64,000 bases of DNA, taken from Schmidtea polychroa. Taxonomy: Eukaryota. A program made the translations under genes and the position numbers. Position 1 is the first letter of the stretch; each line of letters begins with the position of its first letter. The stretch spans positions 30,506,001 to 30,570,000 of the forward strand of contig CM097885.1 of NCBI GenBank assembly GCA_044892525.1, written 5' to 3'. The notes under the pieces are model-generated. The model made no database searches. It saw nothing but the letters and a program-made list of their open reading frames with translations, and was not told where the DNA came from. Below are positions 56,471 through 64,000 of the stretch, in pieces.

Positions 56471-57164
56471 AGCTGAGGAAAATATACAAATACGGAAGCG
56501 ATAAATTACAAAATTAAGCAGGGATGTTTCGTAAATAAACCATTAACGAATAGAAGGGTAACGAATAAAATGGATAAACTAATATTAACGAGTAATGCGA
56601 GAGGGATCTGCCTGAGGAAATAGTGAGCATATTAACGAGAAACAAGTCAACCAAAGCGGTAAGAGTAAAAGCGATAGCAATAAGACGTTAACTAGACAAG
56701 AGACGTGGATATATTTAGAATAATGAAGAAGGACCAAGAGTAATCGAGATAAGTAGATTAAGAGCACGACGTAAAAATGAGAATAAAGTATTATGAAAAT
56801 TGAGAGCAAATGAATAAGGAAAATTTTTCTGTTAGGATTTAGGACATCCACAACCTATGAGCTACGCTCAGCGTAGTACGGATAAGACCAGGAAAGTACC
56901 AACTGTCCTGACGAAAGATGTGGAACAGGGCCCATCGCATATACTGGAACATCTCTGCGTGTGACTGATCACCACACGATCGGAGATCGACCAGTGCGAG
57001 TGTTTCGCATCCAGAGTCAGGAGAGTGGGGAAAACCTGGAAGAGTAGTAAAAAGAAGCATGCAGGAGAAATAAAAGGAAGACCAAGTAACTGGAAAAAGA
57101 CAAAGCGAAGTAAAGAGAAACAATTAGAGCTTAAAGACTAAATTCATAAGATAACCAGTAGACA

Positions 57165-57494
57165 AATAATAGATGCGAATAATAGATGCGAATAATAGAT
57201 GCGAATAATAGATGCGAATAATAGATGCGAATAATAGATGCGAATAATAGATGCGAATAATAGATGCGAATAATAGATGCGAATAATAGATGCGAATAAT
57301 AGATGCGAATAATAGATGCGAATAATAGATGCGAATAATAGATGCGAATAATAGATGCGAATAATAGATGCGAATAATAGATGCGAATAATAGATGCGAA
57401 TAATAGATGCGAATAATAGATGCGAATAATAGATGCGAATAATAGATGCGAATAATAGATGCGAATAATAGATGCGAATAATAGATGCGAATAA
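57165..57494. repeat. Perfect 13-bp minisatellite (AATAATAGATGCG) x25
   Basis: Direct reading. Confidence 0.97.
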
Positions 57495-58358
57495 GAGATA
57501 CGAATATAAATGAGAATAATGGCTACGAATAGGAACGGAAATAACAGACGTGAATATAGATGAGGTAAAAGGAAAGATAAACGAGAATATAGATGAGTAC
57601 CTAGAAAGAAACATAGACGGGAATATAAATGAGAATACGAAGTCATTGACAGATATATAACTGAAAATAAATAAGATCGTGAAGGAAAAAGACGAAAAAC
57701 GAATTGAAAATAGACAACCGTGTAGGAGAATAGATGAGAATATAGAATGAATAATGGAGAACCGAGTCAAGAATAATAAATAAGTCTAAAAATTGGCAAC
57801 GATAATGGAAAAAGAGAGATATAAAGGACGACCAATAAGGTAAACGGAGGAAATTATAAAAATCGGAAACAAACATGAACAGAATAAAGACAACATCAAT
57901 GAAGAAAACTAAGATAGAAACAAGAATACAAGTAATGTAAGTCAATAGATAGAGATAAGCCAAGGAAAAAAAGACAGTTAAAGTAGAGAAAACTATAGAA
58001 ACGAAGAAAAGGAGTGTGAATTAAATAAGAAGGATCGAAAAAATTACGTAGGAATTTGAGAACCAATGTGTAAACAAAACTAACGACGAAATGAATATTA
58101 AGATATGCCGGCACCCAAAGAAACCAAAGTAAAAATATTGCAATTGCACTATATAATATATATATTACAATTTATAAATATAATAAACGATAGGGAGAAG
58201 TGATATTTTTCTATTCAGGTAAATCAATCAAACAAGCCAACAGCCAAGTATCAGCAACCAACTAGAAGTTATTGTCAAACAATTAAGCCAAGTTCAGAAA
58301 TATTGAACCAATAACAAAGCATACCAGATCAAAACAGTTAATAATAGAACCAAGTTTA

Positions 58359-60920
58359 TTGAAAGAAGAAGAATTAAAAGTTGCAAAGAAAGGAAGACGA
58401 ACTATTAAACCCACGCAAGCACAAGAAATCGAAAAGCAAAATCAAAAAGACATCTCAAAGACCAAAGGTCGATCCATAAAAGGAAGCAGTGAAAAGGATT
58501 TCGAAAACAATCGGCCAAGAAGCGTAATACGCGTATCAGAACCTCAGGAAGGAAAAACTCTATCTGAAAACAGAAATAATAAAAGTGACATAAACCTAAT
58601 AAAAGAAAACACAAACGGAAAAAGAATACAATTAAAGATGGTAGATACAACAGCCCAAATGGAAGCGATCAACAAGAGACTCAGTGAAATGGAGATACCC
58701 AATTTCCAGGGAAAATATAATGGCGAAAAATACGACGGAAAACCGAACAAACTATCAAACTTTATCCAACATTTTGAATCTTATTGCGATGCTCTAAAAT
58801 GGACAAACGAAATGATAGTGAGAAGACTCCCACTATATCTAGCAGATGACGCTTTTAATTGGTACTTCGGAATAAAAGAGTGTACAACCCCACTAAAAAC
58901 CTGGAAAGAAGTTAAGGAAGCTCTGATAAAAACATTTGGAGAAGCAAAAGATGCACAATACAAATTTCTAGAATTCTTCAATCGAGGACAAGCAGTGAAT
59001 GAATCAAATATATTGTACGCAAGCGCACTAAGACGTCTAGCCAAACCGCTATTTAGTGAAAAGGATATGGAAACACAACTAGTAACCCAATTTGTAAAAG
59101 GATTGCGACGAGATGACATTAAAGGTGTAGTAGGATGCAAAATATGCAAGACGCTGGACGAAGCAGTAGAGGCAGCGAATGTAAGCGAAATGTACACCAA
59201 AGTAACACAACCACCAAGTAGGAGGCACATCGCAGATAATCAACCCCAACACCACAGACAGTGGAGTCATAACATCAATAATCAAAGAAACGATAATGAC
59301 AATGAAAGCAAGAGGTTGAATAATAGAAACATTGAAAAATTTTGTGATGACTGCAAGAGAAAAGGACACTGGCTCGATGAATGTCATGGACAAAGAAGAT
59401 GTTGGAATTGCGGTAAGAAAGGACATACCGCAGTGAGATGTGGAATATCTAAAAAATGTTTCTCGTGCGGACAAGGAGACCATCTAGCAGTTGCATGTAC
59501 GAATAAAAGAAACCAACAACGGAGTGACAATAGGGATACGTCAGCAAAGCAACTAGCTGAAATGCAAAATCAAATAACAATTCTCACAGGACTGTGCAGG
59601 AACATGATCGATTATCAGTTTCAAGCGGAAGGAAAACAACAATCAAGAATAAATGTATTACAATGTGTGGGAGGCACATTACAAATTGAAAATATCCGAA
59701 CAAAACAACAACGAGAGTGGAACACCTTACAGATCGCGGAAGCACGAGAAGCGGAAGAAAGATGGAGTAAACGAAAAGAACCTCAGGCAAGAAGAGAAGA
59801 AAAATATTGGAAAACGAGAAAGGAAGAACTTTTAAAATTGGATATAATGAGACTAACCAACAACGACAACCAGAGGGAAAAGATAAAAGGAATATGGGAA
59901 AGAGAACAAAAAAGAGTAATACAAATCAATATGATGAGAATGATAACGAGCAACGAAATAGATTTACAAAAAATTCCGGACTCAAGGATCGAAAGCGAAA
60001 TAATTGAAAAACTGGAACAGGTAATATTAGACCATCAAAACATCAAAACATTTGAGGACAATCAGAGAGATTATACCGGCATCGATAGTCAGGTTGGAAT
60101 TGCAGTAATCCCGGAAAAGCGCGAATCGAAGAATGGCGAAAATCACGAAAAACGAAATAATGAAAAAACGCAAGAAAAGTACCATGACATAAACACGTTA
60201 AAAATTGAAAGCGGGTGCGAACCAGATATCGAATGGGACGCGAGTACAAACAATTACTGGAACAAATACCAACCACAAGGACACAATGAGCGCTATCGGT
60301 TCTTCGATAAGACGTATGGGAATTGTCAGAAAAATGAGCACAGAAAAAATAAATATCGCCGCATAAAGAGGTGTTACGAATGTAAAAGAACTGGACATTT
60401 AGTCAATAACTGTCCGAATGGGACAAACCCAGTGAGAGATCAGTCACGAGAATACGTCACAGAACAGAACAATAAAAAATATGTCGAAAACAGAATTTAT
60501 CAGCCAGAAATAAGAAAACACCAATCTCCAATGCTAATAAAACAACAGTCGACAAATGTACAGAGACGGACAAATGACGTGAAGGAACAGGTGAAACCCA
60601 ACGCATACGAGGAATTGAGGAGACAATGTGTGGAACAGTGCAGGTTAATAATGGAACTAGTTGTAAAAGAAACGAGACAGGATGAATTGATAATGATATG
60701 GAGAAAGGTTGCAGAAAACAGAACAAGAGAAAATGAAGTACTCAAGACAACGATACTCCGACTAAAAGAAGAAGCAAGGTCAGCCGAATTAAGAATCAAT
60801 GAAATAACGAGTAATCAAGAAAAATGTAAAGATATGGCAGAAGAGACACAAATGATGACAGCCAAGGAAAAGCAGAAGGGTAGTCCAAAGGATGTAGTGG
60901 AAATTAACGTGGAAGTGTAG
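58359..60920 (+). CDS. gag: Extended Gag-like protein (capsid domain, 4 CCHC zinc knuckles, C-terminal coiled coil); first ATG at 58638
   Basis: KYDGKP..LSNFIQHFESYCDALKW...LPLYLADDAFNWY, RGQAVNES...YASALRRLA, QFVKGLR; CX2CX4HX4C at 59343, 59399, 59457 and 60372. Confidence 0.92.
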   Translation: MKEEELKVAKKGRRTIKPTQAQEIEKQNQKDISKTKGRSIKGSSEKDFENNRPRSVIRVSEPQEGKTLSENRNNKSDINLIKENTNGKRIQLKMVDTTAQMEAINKRLSEMEIPNFQGKYNGEKYDGKPNKLSNFIQHFESYCDALKWTNEMIVRRLPLYLADDAFNWYFGIKECTTPLKTWKEVKEALIKTFGEAKDAQYKFLEFFNRGQAVNESNILYASALRRLAKPLFSEKDMETQLVTQFVKGLRRDDIKGVVGCKICKTLDEAVEAANVSEMYTKVTQPPSRRHIADNQPQHHRQWSHNINNQRNDNDNESKRLNNRNIEKFCDDCKRKGHWLDECHGQRRCWNCGKKGHTAVRCGISKKCFSCGQGDHLAVACTNKRNQQRSDNRDTSAKQLAEMQNQITILTGLCRNMIDYQFQAEGKQQSRINVLQCVGGTLQIENIRTKQQREWNTLQIAEAREAEERWSKRKEPQARREEKYWKTRKEELLKLDIMRLTNNDNQREKIKGIWEREQKRVIQINMMRMITSNEIDLQKIPDSRIESEIIEKLEQVILDHQNIKTFEDNQRDYTGIDSQVGIAVIPEKRESKNGENHEKRNNEKTQEKYHDINTLKIESGCEPDIEWDASTNNYWNKYQPQGHNERYRFFDKTYGNCQKNEHRKNKYRRIKRCYECKRTGHLVNNCPNGTNPVRDQSREYVTEQNNKKYVENRIYQPEIRKHQSPMLIKQQSTNVQRRTNDVKEQVKPNAYEELRRQCVEQCRLIMELVVKETRQDELIMIWRKVAENRTRENEVLKTTILRLKEEARSAELRINEITSNQEKCKDMAEETQMMTAKEKQKGSPKDVVEINVEV

Positions 60921-61948
60921 ATGAAAATAGTAAAAAGGAAGTGAACATATGTAAAAATTGATGTATAAATAGCAAACTAAATGTACTAGATGTATAGGTA
61001 TAAATTGATGTATAATGTGGCAAAAGATCGATGTATAAATAGAAATGGATCAAGTAATCAGTTGGGAAAAATACAAAATTTGAACCCTTACAATGGTAAA
61101 GGAGAACAGAGGCTCAAATGAGAAGAAAGAATATAAATCCAGAAGAAAGATAAAGATGCAAACCTAGAAAGAATGAGTTAAACGAATATCTAAAAATAAT
61201 ACCTAATTTGGAACCCCTAAACAAAGAACGGTAAAAGATCCTGATAAATGAGACGAAAGTCACAGACCCAGTGACATTAGAAACTTAATCAAATCAAGCG
61301 AACTTAGACCAAAATCGAAAATAATTCAAGTTACCCACTAGAGGAAGAAAACCCCTTAATAAGAGCAATACCGTAAACAAAACCACCAAGAAAAACCAAA
61401 AGAAAAATCAATGTGTCAAATCACCCAGTTGAACAAAAGTTCCGAAAACCCTGGAGCAAGGTCCGTCAATACCATCAAATGATCCAGAAAATCAGAATCC
61501 CAACCTAAAAATCCAAAGAGAATATGGGAAAACAGTCAAACCCCGATAGAGAGAATCCTATGATCTTCAGTAAGTATTACGAGCTAATTATGAAAATCAA
61601 CAACAGGAATCAAACATGCCTACAAAACCCAGCCGAAAGATTGAAAACCGAACCCAGAAAAGATAAGAAACAACCAACTGAAGAATTGATCCAGAAATAA
61701 AACTTTTGCATATGACTCGTACTTGAGTTTGGACACTGTATCAGTATGTATGTGTATTATGACCAGTCACTGTATGTGACAACTGCTTGAATTTGAGCTT
61801 AGACCTTTTTCTGCTAATTGAATTCTAACGTGTCTTAAACTATTATAGTATGTTTATAGGTTAATGGGAATGTAATAGACTATGACCTGGGAAATTCGTA
61901 TGTCTAACAGAATTGCGGGACGCAATTTTAACGGGTCCCGGAGTGATT

Positions 61949-63599
61949 TGTTGGGCTGAAAACGAGAACTGAGAGTTTGTTTTAATCGATCGAAAATACC
62001 TAACACAAAAACCGCAAAGTTGAAAAAAATTTATGACCAAGGTTTAATTTAAAATAAATAAAATAAACTACATCACACATTAAGAATCAATAAACCCCGT
62101 ATAATAGAATAAAGAGATAAATAAATTTAACAGAAAATTCAACACTTAAAAATTTAAATAGAAAAATAATAAAATATAAAATGGAATTATTTGAAAATTA
62201 TTTAAACAATATAAAAATTAAATCGTCAAAAATAATAAAATTAATTAGCATTATGTAAATTGTAAAGTTTATAGAATTAAATGGTTATTTAACTTATTAA
62301 ATTTAAAGAATAAAAATGTTTAAATTAATAAAAATTAATATAACTCAAATTAGTTAAATTATAAAATTTGTAAAATTAAAATTAATAAAAATTAAATAAG
62401 AAATTAATTAAATTTATGAAATTAAAACAAATAAATAATTACACACATTCATGCATGTGTGCAAAATCAATTCAATAATTCTCGCACTCTGATTGGATAG
62501 AGTACGCATTCAAAATCAGTATAAATACTGATCACAAATTCAATTGAAAAACTCTCTTTTTTCAACATAGCCACTTAATTTGCAGAACTCTCAGTTTCGA
62601 TTTTATGCCAACGTGGATGTGGTAATTTATTTGTTATTGTTTTCTGTAATTTTTATGAAGTATTTTAATTAATAAATTTAATTAATAAATGTCTCGGTTC
62701 AATTTTCTTTAGTGATCCTTTTTAATGGTTTAAATTCATTTATTCTAATTCATAGTCTCATTGAATTCAATTATATTATTTGTTGATTGTGTCGATGGTC
62801 TGGGCTGGGGAAAAGTTTGTGGACGGGCGGCACTACGTGCTGTTGTTCGGCAGATATTTCGCCGGTTGAGTCCATCGAGTTAGAGGACAGTGATAGTGAT
62901 AGGAATGATTAGGGAGTGTAATGTCATTTTAGGCCGTTTAGAATTTTATTTAGATTTAGACAATGTAGGTGGCTTAGTCACCTTTATGTTTTATAGACAT
63001 AAGTGAGTTAGGAGTAAAGATGGAATAGTTGAGACCAGTTGAAGATGGATAAAGTTAGATTTATGTAATTTTTCCGACAGCTCATGATTTGAAACACAGG
63101 CAGATCCCTGCTCAAAATCTTTGAAGAACAATTTAAATATTATGGCAAGTGTGGATTAACTTGAAAATAAGGGCCAATCCCTGCGCAAATTTTTCAAAGG
63201 ATAATTTAAATATTGTAGGAAGTGTAGAATAATAATTACTAGCTGGGAAATAAGGACGGATCCCTGCACAAAATTTTATAAGAGAACAATTAGAAATACC
63301 CGTAATTGAGGACCAACAACGATCCAAAAATAGCCTATATAGTGAATAAGGACGTAAGACCTTCTATCGGCAGTCTAGAACCCGAAAAGAAAATCCAATG
63401 GGGAGTAGTTTTAGTAATAGAGCTCACCTGCTCATTGTTTTTTCACCTTTGTGTACAGTACCAACATGGTCGTCGCCATGGGTACACAAATGGTTTAAAT
63501 TGCAATAGTTATGGAGGTGCTTAGGAAAGAGTCGAACGGTTATGATTACCCCTAACGTATTTTAAATTGTAAAAAGGACACACCCCTAAGTAACCAACA
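61949..63599 (+). repeat. 3' LTR
   Basis: Direct repeat of the 5' LTR at a constant offset of 13727. Confidence 0.98.
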
Positions 63600-64000
63600 A
63601 TAAGTACAATTTATATTTATAAAGTATTGTATAATATTTTATTCCTTGACATATTTTTTATTTGAGCGAATTTGTTTCAGTAGATTGTTGTCATTTTTTA
63701 AAATATTGTAAAAATCTTCACAAGAATTTGTCAAATTATATTTGACACTTAAAAATACTTTCAAAGTTTCAACACTTAATTTTGATTTCTCTGATGTCCA
63801 CGCTTAATTTAGTGTAGAGAAAACGCCTTCAGTCGCAGCGTTAGTTCCAGGTATTAGTTCCTCGAGTATTTTAAGCTAAGTTTAAGAAAATTTATGTATT
63901 TATGAAATATATAAATAAATTACTTACCTTAATTTTCTATGGTATGTAGCATATTTGTAATATTTATTTGTTTAATTAGCTTCCTAGCACACAGTACGAA

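Larger units (their letters stand above)
48222..63599 (+). mobile_element. Gypsy-like LTR retroelement, gag-only (non-autonomous), 15,378 bp
   Basis: Two 1651-bp LTRs with TGTTGG...CCAACA ends, TSD ATAA (48218-21 and 63600-03), PBS, gag ORF; no RT, RNase H or integrase motifs seen. Confidence 0.95.

Noticed and set aside
57131..57770. 13-bp array as a CRISPR array or repeat protein
   Set aside because: No spacers, eukaryotic context; the ORFs are just the repeat read antisense.
53620..58200. A-rich leader as a decayed pol or env gene
   Set aside because: No RT, RNase H, integrase or env motifs recognised by eye; the minus-strand hydrophobic ORFs are compositional artefacts. An HMM scan is needed to exclude this fully.
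63920..64000. Minus-strand splice donor (ACTTACC) suggesting an exon at the window edge
   Set aside because: All three frames contain stops in the visible part.

Overview
Very AT-rich eukaryotic genomic DNA with spliceosomal introns and abundant (AAT)n and (TA)n tracts; a triclad flatworm-like genome is my guess, not proven. There are three blocks. (1) 1-11,100: a near-perfect multi-kb palindrome (arms 1-2828 and 3524-6351). Its right arm continues through tandem arrays to a Polinton/Maverick-type terminus (...CTACTACT, 9683), immediately followed by decayed Polinton structural genes (penton, a small basic protein, adenain-like protease). (2) 14,700-44,550: one spliced host gene, a PCTAIRE-family CDK (8 coding exons found, start exon not found). 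Its introns hold TE debris (hATm, Charlie/Tip100 hATs, piggyBac, Penelope, a Polinton pPolB fragment, MITEs) and an ASF1 pseudogene. (3) 48,222-63,599: a young 15.4-kb LTR element with 1651-bp near-identical LTRs, a 4-bp TSD and a tRNA-Pro-like PBS. It encodes only an extended Gag, lacks RT/RH/IN, and has an ~8.5-kb leader with an antisense HTH micro-ORF. All calls come from reading and translating by eye; no database searches were run.
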